64,000 nt of DNA from Cyanophora paradoxa CCMP329 (Eukaryota > Plantae > Glaucophyta): NCBI GenBank assembly GCA_004431415.1, contig QPMI01000281.1, positions 32,290 through 96,289 on the forward strand, written 5' to 3'. Below the pieces are notes generated by a model. The model saw only the letters and a list, made by a program, of their open reading frames with translations. It ran no database searches and had not been told where the DNA came from. Within the stretch, counting starts at the first letter, position 1. Each line of letters opens with the position of its first letter. The position numbers and the translations under genes were made by a program. Shown here one piece after another: positions 37,408-49,700 of this stretch.

Positions 37408-38133
37408 ATGATCCCGGCGCGGGCCTTCTCTCGCATTTCCAGCCGGCCTCGCCACGCCGTGATCGCCGGCTTTGGCGGAGTAACTGGAGAGCTGTCGCCC
37501 GCGCCGCTTCGCGTAGCTGCGAGGCCCGCGCCCCTCAACTTCACGGCGGCTGCCGGTTCCAGTTCGCAGTCGGCGCGGGCGTACTCGTCGGATTCCCACC
37601 CGGACTTTCAGCCTGTACGGAAGGCCGGCGGAAGCGCGGATGCCGTTCAGGAGAAGATCGCCCAGGTTCGCCTACAGGGAGTCATTGATCCGGCGCGGCT
37701 GACGTACGCACGCGACAGGATGTGAAGGCGGCAAAGGTTGTGCTGTACATGAAAGGGGTGCCGTCCTTCCCGCAGTGCGGCTTCAGCAATGGAATCGTGC
37801 AGGTCCTCAACGCTACAGGTGCTCACCCAAAGGGCGGCGGCCATCCGCCCCGCTCATTGCGGAGTGCAGGCGTCGAGTATATGGCTCACAACGTTCTGGC
37901 GGATCCAAACATCCGGGAGGGCATCAAGAAGTTCTCGTATGCTCCGCTGTTGCTGCTGCCTTTTCGCCGTGGCGACGCCCGAGCTGCGCAGGAACTGGCC
38001 CACTATCCCGCAGCTGTTCGTCGACGGAGAGTTCGTTGGCGGCTACGATATCGTGCTCGACCTGTTCAAGAAGGGCGAGCTGGACGACATGTTCCAAAAG
38101 GCGAACTGCCCCATGCGCGAGGAGAAGAAGTAG
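37408..38133 (+). CDS. GLRX5: Monothiol CGFS glutaredoxin, mitochondrial GRXS15/Grx5 type
   Basis: Arg/Ser/Ala-rich presequence, [33 protein letters not shown]|[17 protein letters not shown]. Confidence 0.93.
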
Positions 38134-38456
38134 ATAATTGGGGCATTTCCGTACATACTTAAGCTTTTTGTCATAACAGCTTCGCCTATTTCAGGTTCAT
38201 TATGGTTGTGCTCCAGGGTTTCGGCCAGTTTCGATGATAGCCTAGCACACAGCTCCCGTAGCGGCTAGCTAGGATCCGGGCTTGAGTGCAGTTCGCCAAC
38301 TGGGCGTTACAGGTACTGTGTTTGTGTTCATGAATGGATGGGTTGAACATGGATACGGAGCAGTGGGGGCGGGGGTGGGGACTCTGGGGAGAGAGGGCAG
38401 AGCCTCGGATCCGGAGGGGAGGCGGGCCGGGGGTTAAGGCTGCAGCTGAGCCGCGG

Positions 38457-40376
38457 CTACTGGATCGGCTTGGTCTCGCCCTGCACCTCGAAGAAAGTCT
38501 TCGCCTGCGCGGCGGCCTGGGCCTGCTCCTCGGAGACATAGACTGCGCCGCCCAAGTCAGCTGCGGCGGCGGCGCGCGGGAGGGGGGCGGGGCGAAGCAG
38601 GGCGGACCGGGGCCCGACGGGAGGCTGGAGGCGCCGCCCGTGCGGGCGACCTCGGCGGCGACGGAGGCGATGGAGCGCCGCACGTTCGGGCCGCACCACT
38701 CCATTCCGATCACCGAGCCTGGGCGGGGCGGCGGCGTCGGCGCGCTGGCGGGGCGGACGGCGGCAAGAGGCAAGGACCGGAGGCGACGGCGGCAGTCAGG
38801 GCTTTGGCGTTCTTGTCCTGCGGGCCGGGTCGGGAGGGCGCGCAGGGGCGGGGCCGGGCCGGGCGTGCCTTCGAGAAGAGGAGCTTGGCCTGGGCGGGGT
38901 CGACGGGGCCCTCCAGCGTCCGCACCAGCGAGAGGCCTGCCGCCTGCGCCGGCGCGTCGGCCGCCGGCAGCGGGCGGCAAGCGGAGGGGAAGGACGCGCC
39001 TTGGCGCGCTGGACGAGGTTGGCGGCGAGGGTGCCGTGCCGGGGCATCACCAGCACGAACGCCGTCTGCGGGGCGGCCGGCCTCTCAGGCAGCGGCCCCG
39101 AGGCGCGGGCTCGAGCGGGGCGCGCCTCGGAGGAGGGGAGGGGCCGGGAGCCGAGGGTGACGGGGACGACCTCGATGTCGGGGGCCTGCGCCGCGGTCGG
39201 CGGGCCCCGCCGGGCCGTGCGCGGCGGCGGGGGGTACGGCGCGCACGCTGTCGTCGAAGCCGGAGACGAGGGAGAAGGCGGACTCGGCGGGGAGCTGCTT
39301 CAGCACGTCCTTCCCCGTCGTGCCCTGCGCCGCCCGGCGTCCCCGCCGCTCAGAACACGGCCGCGCCGCCGGGGCCGGCATGGGCGGCGCTCGCCTCGGG
39401 AAGGAGGGTCCAGTTGGAGCCGTTCGAGAAGTCGTAGACCTGCGGGGCCGCCTTCAGGCCCCCGCCCGCGCCCCGTCCCCCTTGACCCCGCAGCCACCCG
39501 CCCCGCCCCGCGCGCCTGCCACCACTTGTTGTTGTACACGGAGAGACCCGCAGCGTCGAACTGCTCTGCAAAGGGGTCGCTCTCGCAGCCGCCGGGCGGG
39601 GCGGGCTCAGGTACCCTTCAGCTTGGGGTAGAAGTACTGGAAGCAGCCGAAGCGCATGCGCCGGGACGTCTCTATGATCGGGGCGGTGTTCGTAAAAAGT
39701 AGGAAATCGCACTCCTCACAGTCGCGCGTCCTGCCGGCGCGTTTCGCGGCGTGCGGCGGGGGCGCAGCCGCCTGCCAGCGCACCGGAACTGCTGGCAGGC
39801 CACAACGAACTTGCACCCGCTGCAGTTCCGAATGAAGAGGCTGCGCCAAAGCAGCTGAGGAACGGCGCGCGCCGGCGACGGGGCCGCCGCACCTGCCCGT
39901 GGAGGGGGCCATGAAGATGCGGCAGCTCTTGCAGTAGTCGATGGTCACGCTGTCCGTGTTATCGCAAAGAAAGATGTCGCAGTCCTGCGGAAGACCTCAG
40001 CGCTCGCCGCAGGGCGCCCCCGAGCAGCGCAGCGTGCCTCGCATTCCTCCAGTATGAACTGCTGACCGTTGATTGACCTGCGCGGCGCGCCACCCTTTGA
40101 GCCCGCGGGCGCGCGCGGCCACGTACGCGCAATCAATACCGACCCCGGCTGCTTGACGAGCGTCTCGCCCTTGCGCTGCTTGAAGATGAAGTCCTTCGGG
40201 TCGAGCTGCTTTCGCCTGTCCCAGCTGTACTCCTTCTTCTGGGGCGGGGCGCCAAGCTTTGCAGCGCCGCCGCCGTTCTGCTGCGGTTGCGAGCCCTGCG
40301 GCTGCGGCGGCTTCCTGGCCGGCGCTGGCCCGGGCGGGACGGCGCCGGCCGCCGACTTTTTGCTGCAGTTCCCCAG
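38457..40376 (-). CDS. RP2: RP2/XRP2 (TBCC beta-helix + NDK-like domain; ARL3 GAP family); start codon unresolved
   Basis: KEYSWD..LDPKDF..GETLVKQPG|SINGQQFILEECE|DCDIF..VTIDYC, VACQQFR|TRDC, PIIETS..FGCFQYFYP, AGLSVYNNKW, VIGMEWCG, VYVSE. Confidence 0.92.
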
Positions 40377-40793
40377 CGCGCCAGCCGCTTTGTAATGCTG
40401 CGCTGCACGCTACGATGGGTGGGTTTGGCACGCTGCGGGCTTGGCGGGTGGTAACCCGGTTGTTCGTGGGGTACAGTTTCTTAGAAAGTAAAGCTGGCCC
40501 GGTCGACGTCGGAGCGAGAGATGAGCGCCGGCAGGTAGCTCACGTCGGATCCATCAGCGCTACCACGATGCAGCGCGGGGAAGAAACGAGCGCGAGGTTT
40601 GTAATCCGGCCAACGCGGGCCTGTGCTTGTTCCTCGCATGACCCGCGGTGTCGCGCAGCTTTAGCGGCGGGGCTCCGCAGTGCGTCTCTCCCCCGCCCGC
40701 GCGCCCACCGCGTAGCCCGCTACCCTTGAGCACCTAAGGGCCGGAACTGCTAGCTATGGTCTCTCGGAGTGCAGAACAGTCTGATTCTTTCAC

Positions 40794-43700
40794 ATGGCCC
40801 ACCGCGCTGAGCCGGCTAACCCGCGTCATGCCCGCAGAGGTCCCGCCGCGCAGTTGGGCTCCGTGTACAGGACAGGGCTTCCCACGGGAGCGGGACCAAC
40901 AATCCTGCCGCCGCTGAAGGTCAAGCCGCCGAACTTGAGCTTCCTGAACGCCAGCCCCGACAAACCGAAGCACTCCAAGTCCACTTCGGGCCAGGGCCCC
41001 CGCGCTTCCCAGCGAATCATCCGGCAGCAGCCCCGGGAGGATGCCGTGGGTCCGTCCTTTGTTTGAGATCGCCCGCGATGCCAGTGCGCGTGCAGACCGC
41101 TAAGCTCCGGGCGCAGACGCGAGCCGCCCGAAGATGCACGAGCGGCTGCCGCCGCTGGCGGCGACGAACCGCTCGCTCAACTCGGCAGAGGACATCATCG
41201 GCTCTGCGCGGGATGAGTTCCTGCGGAACGGCCGCGGGCTCGACGAGTCCAGGCAGAACCTGACGAACAGCGCAGGCACGGACAAGTGCGCCCGTTGCCG
41301 CCGGCGGGAGGCGCCGCCCCGCCGCCCCCTGACCGCCGCGGGCCGCAGTGGGGAGTTCGAGATGTTCGATCTCTCGAAGCTGCCGCTGGAGGCGTTCGAC
41401 AACGCCGAGTACGAGACGAAGAGCCCCGAGGAGTGGATCGAGGAGGGCCGGGTGCGCCGGCCCTCCTTCCCGGCCGCCCCGCCCCGCCCGCGCCCCGCGC
41501 CGGGCTGACCGTGCGGGGCGCAGGCGATGGGGGGGACGCCGGCGATGTCGCGCTTCTACAACGCGGCGGGGCAGTACGAGTGGGCGGCCTGCGACGTGGT
41601 CGACTACAACGCCGAAGAGGACACGTACCTCATCCGCTGGCGCGACGGCGGCCGCCTCAAGCCCGTCAAGCGGTCCGTTGCCCCGCCGCCCCGCGGCGTG
41701 ATGGCGCCGCCCCCGGCTGAAGCGCCGACCGCAGGCTAAACCTGGTCTTCGACGGGGAGGACCCGGAGCGGTGGAAACGGCGGCGGCAGGAGGCGCAGCG
41801 GCTGCGCAAGGAGGCCAGCGCCGCAGTGGTGCGGCCCGCCGCGGTGTTCCGGCCCCTCCGGATTCCTTTTCATTCCTTTTCCTGCCGCGCAGCGCTACGG
41901 CCAGTACGTGGAGGAGCAGACAAAGGGGGAGACGATCACAATGCAGAAGGAGCAGGTCAGCCGCATCCTCAGGCTCGCCACCACGCGCCTCGCGCCCGGT
42001 GCCGTCGCCGCCGCCTCGAACGGCGCCGCCCGCGGGCCGGCGGCGGCCGGCAACGCCGGCCAGTCCCCGCGGAACGAGGACGAGGAGAAGAGCCCCGAGG
42101 AGGCGCAGGTCCGATCCGACCCTCCCGCCCCGTCCGCCCGCCGCCACTTGACGAGCGGCCCCCGGGGTACAGGTCGAGCTCGTATTCCAGGCGCTGCTCG
42201 AAGTGCGGGAGGGGTACACCCGCGCCGTGAAAAAGTCGATCGTCGACGAGCGGCTCCGCGACTCGGTGCGCGCCCCGACGCCCGGCGGTCCCGCTCCCCC
42301 GCCCCCACGCCGAGCGCCGGGGCGCGCAGGAGGACCGGGCGCGGGTGGCGGAGATGCTGCGGGTCTCGGGCCTGCCGATCCGGGACCTGGCGCCGGCGCC
42401 CGAGCAGGGCTGCGTGATCGTCCCCGAGCGCTCGCTGCCGTACGCGGAGGCGCGGGCGGCGGTGGCGGGCCATCTGTACGCCTCGAGTGTGCCCAAGTTC
42501 CTGGGCTTCCAGGCGCTCTTCGTGGCGGCGTGGCGGGAGGTGCAGGACCACGCGCTCATCGACACTCGCCTCAAGGGCGTCCCGCTGCCCTGCAGCCTCG
42601 AGGCGTACGCCGAGGAGCAGCGGCACGCGCGCAAGGAGACGGCCCTGCTGCTCGAGGAGGACTGGCGGCAGGGCATCGTCAACGGCATCGAGGACCAGCT
42701 CATGGAGTCCTTCGAGGTGCCCGCCCCGCGCCTCCCCCGCGCTGCCCCGCGCCGCCCCGCTGAGGGCGCCCGGGGCGCGCGTGCCAGGTCTTCAGCAACT
42801 CGGTGGAGGACTTCAGGGCGTCGCGGCTGGCGCGCTTCCTGAAGTACCTCTCGCTCCTGATGACGACCTCGCTGCGGGCCATCCACGAGAAGAGCATCGC
42901 CGACGCCCTCGCCTTCTACGGCCAGTACGACCTCGCCCCCGCCGGCCCCGCCGCCCCGGCCCCCGGCGAGGCCGCCGAGGGCGAGGCCGCGGAGCCGGCC
43001 CCGGCCGCCCCGGCCCCGGCCCCGGCCCCGGCGGTGGCGGCGGTGGAGGAGGGCGGGACGGTGCTGACGATGGGGGCGCGGACGACGGAGCGGCCGCCGC
43101 TGTTCGCGGTGAAGCTGGTGGCGAAGGAGGGCGGGTTCGAGTTCGAGCCGAGCATGGGGGAGGTGGCGGAGACGGCGCTCGCGCTCTTCGACGAGATGTT
43201 CACCGAGCCGCCGCGCGTCCGCGAGATCCGCTCCGAGATGGTGCCCCTCCTCGAGGTCCACGCGGGGGACCTCCCCACCCTGCCCCTCTCCCACCCGGAG
43301 GTCCAGGCCGCCCGCGCCGAGCTCGCCCGCCTCCTCGCCGCGAACTGCGCCCAGCCGGCGGCCCTCGCCGCCCTCTACGAGCCCTTCCGGTACCTCCTGG
43401 GGGTGGACCCGCAGGGGTACGCGGAGGAGTTCGCGGCGCGCGAGGGCGTCTCCCTCGTCGACGTCCGCGCCGACGTCGCGCGCCTCCGCGCCGACATCGC
43501 CCGCATCGAGGCCCTGTGCGCCCGCCCCGCCCCGCCCCGCCCCGCCCCTCTGACGCGACGCGCCGCGGGGCAGGACGAACAACGAGGTCTCGTTCAACAT
43601 GGTGCTCGTGCAGGTCGAGGAGCTGAAGGCCGAGCTGGGGGCGCGCGCCGAGGCCATGTGCCAGGCGCACCTGCGCGCGCTCGAGGAGCAGGTCCGGTCG

Positions 43701-46700
43701 CGGAACCGGGAGATCTGCGACGGCTTCGAGGCGGTCCTGCAGCGCGTGCAGCGCGAGTCGGCGAACGTCGAGGAGCTGATGGAGGGGCGGCAGTTCCTGC
43801 AGAAGGCGGTGGCGGGGCTGACGAGCAGCGAGAAGGAGATCCGGCTCGTGGCGGACAAGCTGCGCGTGCTCGAGGAGTTCTGCTACTCCATCACCGACGA
43901 GGACCTGGACCTCAACTGCACCGCCGTCTCCTGGCCGGAGAAGATCCGCGCCGCCCTCTCCTCCAACGAGTACCGCCTCGAGGAGGAGAAGCGCCGCTTC
44001 AGCGGGGACCTCAAGGAGGAGCAGGAGCGCTTCAGCGGCGAGCTCGTGCAGTTCTCCAACGAGGTGGCGGCCCTCGCCAACCTCGACAACGTCGAAAACG
44101 TCGACGACATCGCCGAGCAGGCCCGCCCGCCCGCCGCCCCCTCCCGCTCGTTCGTTCGGCGGCCGCGCTGACGCGACGCGCCCCCCGCAGGTGTTCGACC
44201 TGCAGAAGCGGCTGGAGCAGGCGCAGGAGCGGGCGAAGCTGATCAACTCGCGGGAGACGCTCTTCGCGTGGGGCCTGACGGAGTACCCGGAGCTGGCGAC
44301 GCTGACGAAGGACTTCGAGCCGTACCTGACGCTGTGGACGGCGGCGTCGGAGTGGTCGCGGGCGAACCCCGTCTGGTTCGACGGGCCCTTCCAGGACCTG
44401 GACCCCGAGCAGATGGAGAAGGACGTGACGGGCTGGTGGAAGACCTTCTACAAGCTCGCCAAGGTCTTCAAGGACGTCCCGGGGCCCGCCGGCGTCGCCA
44501 ACGCCCTCAAGGGCAAGCTCGACGAGTTCAAGGTCCACCTCCCCCTCATCACCGCCCTCCGCAACCCGGGCCTCCGCGACCGCCACTGGGGCAAGCTCTC
44601 CGAGGCCCTCGGCTTCACCATCAAGCCCTCGGCCGACCTCACCCTCGCCTTCCTGCTCGAGCGCCGCGTCTCCGAGCGCCTCGAGGAGATCAACGGCATC
44701 TCGGACGTCGCGGCGAAGGAGTTCAGCCTCGAGAAGGCCCTCGACACCATGCTCGCCGACTGGAAGGAGATCGTCTTTGAGTCCGTCGCCTACCGCACCA
44801 CCGGGACCCACGGTCCGCCCCCCCGCTTCTCTCTCGCGCGCGCCCGCTCGCGCCCCCTCGGCGAGCCCCGGGGCGGGCGCAGTGCTCAAGGGCGTGGACG
44901 ACATCACGCTGGTGCTGGACGACCAGATCGTGAAGACGCAGACGATGCAGGGCTCGCCCTTCATCGGGCCCTTCCGGGACCGCATCGTTAAGTGGGAGGC
45001 GACGCTGAAGAATATGCAGGAGATCATCGACGAGTGGCTCAACTGCCAGAAGGCCTGGCTCTACCTCGAGCCCATCTTCGGGAGCGAGGACATCATGCGG
45101 CAGATGCCCACCGAGGGCCGCCGCTTCGCCGGCGTCGACCAGTTCTGGCGCAAGACGATGGAGATGGTCGTCAAGACGCCCTCCGTCCTCGCCGTCTGCG
45201 CCAAGGAGGGCCTCCTCACCTCCTTCCAGAAGTCCAACGCGGAGCTCGACCAGATCCAGAAGGGCCTCAACGAGTACCTGGAGACGAAGCGCCTCGCCTT
45301 CCCCCGCTTCTTCTTCCTCTCCAACGACGAGCTGCTGGAGATCCTCTCGCAGACGAAGGACCCGAAGGCGGTGCAGCCGCACATGCCCAAGTGCTTCGAG
45401 GCGATCACGAAGCTGGACTTCGAGCCGAACCTCGACATCACGGCCATGTACTCGGCGGAGGGCGAGAAGGTCAAGTTCATCCGCAAGATCGTCCCCACGG
45501 CCAACGTCGAGCAGTGGCTCCTCGACGTCGAGGGCGTCATGCGCGCCTCGCTGCGCCAGGTCATCGTCGACTCGATGGCCGACTACAACAAGACGCCCCG
45601 CGAGAAGTGGGTCCTCGCCTGGCCCGGCCAGGTCGTCCTCTGCGTGGGGCAGCTCTACTGGACCAAGGAGGTCCACGAGGCGATCCGCAGCGGGGGCGTA
45701 CAGGGCCTGCGCCAGTACGAGCAGAAGCTCGGGCAGCAGCTGGAGGCCGTGACGGGCCTGGTGCGGGGGGACCTGACGGCGCTGAACCGCATCACGCTGG
45801 GCGCCCTCGTCACCATCGACGTGCACGCGCGCGACGTCATCACGGAGCTCGTCCAGGAGCAGGTCGGCGACGAGAACGACTTCGGGTGGATCTCCCAGCT
45901 CCGCTACTACTGGGAGAACGACAACATGTACGTCAAGATGATCTCCGCCTCGCTCGCGTACGGCTACGAGTACCTCGGCAACTCCATGCGCCTCGTCATC
46001 ACGCCCCTCACGGACCGCTGCTACCGCACCCTCATGGGCGCCCTCCAGCTGACCCTCGGCGGCGCCCCCGAGGGCCCCGCCGGCACCGGCAAGACGGAGA
46101 CGACCAAGGACCTCGCCAAGGCCATCGCGAAGCAGTGCGTCGTCTTCAACTGCTCCGACGGCCTCGACTACCTGGCGATGGGCAAGTTCTTCAAGGGGCT
46201 GGCCTCGTCGGGGGCGTGGGCCTGCTTCGACGAGTTCAACCGCATCGACGTGGAGGTGCTCTCCGTCATCGCGCAGCAGATCCTCTCCATCCAGCGCGCC
46301 ATCGCCGCCTCCCTCCAGCGCTTCACCTTCGAGGGGACGGAGATCGCCCTCGACCGCTCCTGTGCCGTCTTCATCACGATGAACCCGGGCTACGCCGGCC
46401 GCTCCGACCTCCCCGACAACCTGAAGGCCCTCTTCCGCCCCGTGGCCATGATGGTCCCCAACTACGCCCTCATCTCGGAGATCTCCCTCTACTCGTACGG
46501 CTTCAAGGACGCCCGCAACCTCGCCCGCAAGATCGTCGCCACCTTCAAGCTCTCCTCCGAGCAGCTCTCGTCGCAGGACCACTACGACTTCGGCATGCGC
46601 GCCGTCAAGTCGGTGCTCACCGCCGCCGGCCGCCTGAAGCGGGACCTGGCGCTGGACACGCCGGAGGAGATCATCATCCTGCGCGCGCTGAACGACTCGA

Positions 46701-49700
46701 ACCTGCCCAAGTTCCTGTCGGAGGACCTGCCGCTCTTCCGGGGCATCACGAGCGACCTCTTCCCGGGGGTGGAGCTCCCCGAGCCCGACTACGAGAAGCT
46801 CTACAAGGCGATGGACGACGCCATCGCCTCCATGAACCTCCAGGGCGTCCCCATGTTCAAGACCAAAGTCATCCGTGCGCCCGTTGTGCTGTTTATTCGT
46901 GTGCACGCGCGCGCGTCGCCGACGGGGCGCGCCGGGGCGCCGCAGAGCTCTTTGAGACGGTGATGGTGCGGCACGGGCTGATGCTCGTCGGGGCGCCCTA
47001 CTCGGGCAAGTCCGCCAACTACAAGGTCCTCACCCACGCCATGTCCCACATCAAGGACCACCCCGACTTCCAGAAGGCCCGCCCGCCCCCGGCCCCGCTC
47101 CGGCACGCTCGCCGGGCCCGCCCTCCGGTCTGACGCCGCCCTCGGCAGGTGCGGTACCACGTGATCAACCCAAAGTCGATCACGATGGGGCAGCTCTACG
47201 GGCAGTTCGACCCCGTCTCGCACGAGTGGACGGACGGTGTGCTCGCCAACACCGTCCGCATGTGCGCCTCGGACCCCTCGCCGGACCGCAAGTGGGTCGT
47301 CTTCGACGGGCCCGTCGACGCCATCTGGATCGAGAACATGAACACGGTGCTGGACGACAACAAGAAGCTCTGCCTCAACTCGGGGGAGATCATCAAGCTG
47401 TCGCCGCCCATGACGATGATGTTCGAGGTGGAGGACCTCTCGGTGGCGTCGCCGGCCACCGTCTCGCGCTGCGGGATGGTCTACATGGAGCCCTCGCAGC
47501 TCGGCTGGCGCGCCCTCCTCAAGTCCTGGCTCCACAAGCTCCCCAAGACCCTCTCCGAGCTCCACGGCGACCGCATCGCGCGGCTCTTCGACTGGATGGT
47601 GGACCCGTGCCTGAAGCTCGTCCGCTACAAGCTGAAGGAGCCGGTGCCGACGACGGACATGGCGCTCGCGGCGGCGCTCATGCGGCTCTACCAGTCGCTC
47701 CTCGACGAGTTCCCCGAGGAGGAGAAGGACCTGCGCCTCTCCCAGAAGGAGCAGGAGACGCTCGTCGACTCGGCCTTCGTCTTCGCCCTCGTCTGGTCCG
47801 TCGGCTGCACCTCCGACACCCAGGGCCGTGCCCAGTTCAGCGACTTCCTCCGCACCACCGTCGCCAACGGCGGGCCCGGCGGCGCCAAGCTCGCCCTCGC
47901 GCTCCCCGAGCAGGGCCTCGTGCACGACTACCTGTACGAGAAGGAGCGGGCCAAGTGGGTGGACTGGATGAGCTCGACGCCGCAGTACGCGATCCCCGCC
48001 AAGGCGCGCTTCACGGAGATCACGGTGCCGACGGCGGACACCATCCGCTACTCGTACCTCCTGCGGCTCCTCGTGGAGCACCACGTGCACGTGCTCTTCA
48101 CGGGCCCGACGGGCACGGGCAAGACGATCATCGTCAACGACCTGCTGCTCAACGGCCTCGACAAGGAGAAGTGGAACGCCGTCCTCATGAACTTCTCGGC
48201 GCAGACGTCGGCGAACATGACGCAGGACATCATCGACTCGAAGCTCGAAAAGCGCCGCAAGGGCGTCTTCGGGCCGTCCTTCGGCAAGCGCATCGTCATC
48301 TTCGTCGACGACCTCAACATGCCGCAGCGCGAGAAGTACTTCGCACAGCCGCCCATCGAGCTGCTGCGGCAGTGGATGGACCACGGCGGCTGGTACGACC
48401 GCAAGACGACCGAGTTCACGCGCATCGAGGACATCCAGTTCGTGGCGGCGATGGGCCCGCCGGGGGGCGGCCGCAACCCCGTCACGCAGCGCTACCTGCG
48501 CCACTACAACCTCGTCGGCTTCACCGTCCAGAACGACGAGTCCCTCGGCCGCATCTTCTCCTGCATCGTCGACTGGTACCTCGCGGACTTCCCGGCGCAG
48601 ATGCGCGGCCTCGGGCGCCCCATCGTGGACGCAACCATCGAGACGTACAACGAGATCGCCCGCGTGCTCCTCCCCACGCCGGCCAAGTCGCACTACACCT
48701 TCAACCTGCGCGACCTCTCCAAGGTCTTCCAGGGCGTCCTCTCGGCGTACGCCCCGAAGATCACCTCCCAGGACGCGCTGATCCGCCTCTGGGCGCACGA
48801 GCTCTGCCGCGTCTTCCAGGACCGGCTGGTGGACGACGCCGACCGGGGCTGGTTCCAGGGCTTCCTCGAGCAGATGTGCCAGAAGCACTTCAAGCTCAAG
48901 TGGGCGGACGTGCTCCCGCCGGGCCAGGCCCTCGTCTTCGGCGACTTCATGGCGGCGGGGGCGGAGGGGAAGCAGTACGTGGAGCTGACGGACATGGCGG
49001 CCGTCACCAAGGTGGCGGAGGAGTACCTGGAGGACTACAACGCCGTCTCCCACAAGGGCGCCATGCACCTCGTCCTCTTCCAGTTCGCCCTGGACCACCT
49101 CGCCCGCATCTCCCGCATCATCAAGCAGCCCTTCGGCAACGCTCTCCTCGTCGGCGTCGGCGGGTCGGGCCGGCAGAGCCTCTCGCGCCTCGCCGCCCAC
49201 ATGGCGGACTTCAAGTGCGTGCAGATCGAGATCAGCAAGGGCTACGACCGCAACAAGTGGCGGGAGGACCTGCGGAACGTGCTGCGGCAGGCGGGGACGG
49301 AGGAGCAGCAGGTCGTCTTCCTCCTCTCGGACACGCAGATCGTGGAGGAGTCGATGCTGGAGGACATGAACAACGTCCTCAACACGGGCGAGGTCCCCAA
49401 CCTCTTCCCCCAGGACGAGACCACGACGATCGTCGAAAAGATGCGCCCGGCGGCGACGGCGGCGGGGCGGGGGGCGAACAACTCCATGATCTTCCAGTAC
49501 TTCGTGGAGCGCTGCCGCAACAACCTCCACGTCGTCCTCTGCATGTCCCCCATCGGCGACGCCTTCCGCAACCGCCTCCGCATGTTCCCGTCGCTGGTCA
49601 ACTGCTGCACGATCGACTGGTTCTCGACGTGGCCGGAGTCGGCGCTGCGCTCGGTGGCGGCGCACGCGATCTCGCAGGTGGACCTCGACAAGGGCGTGCT

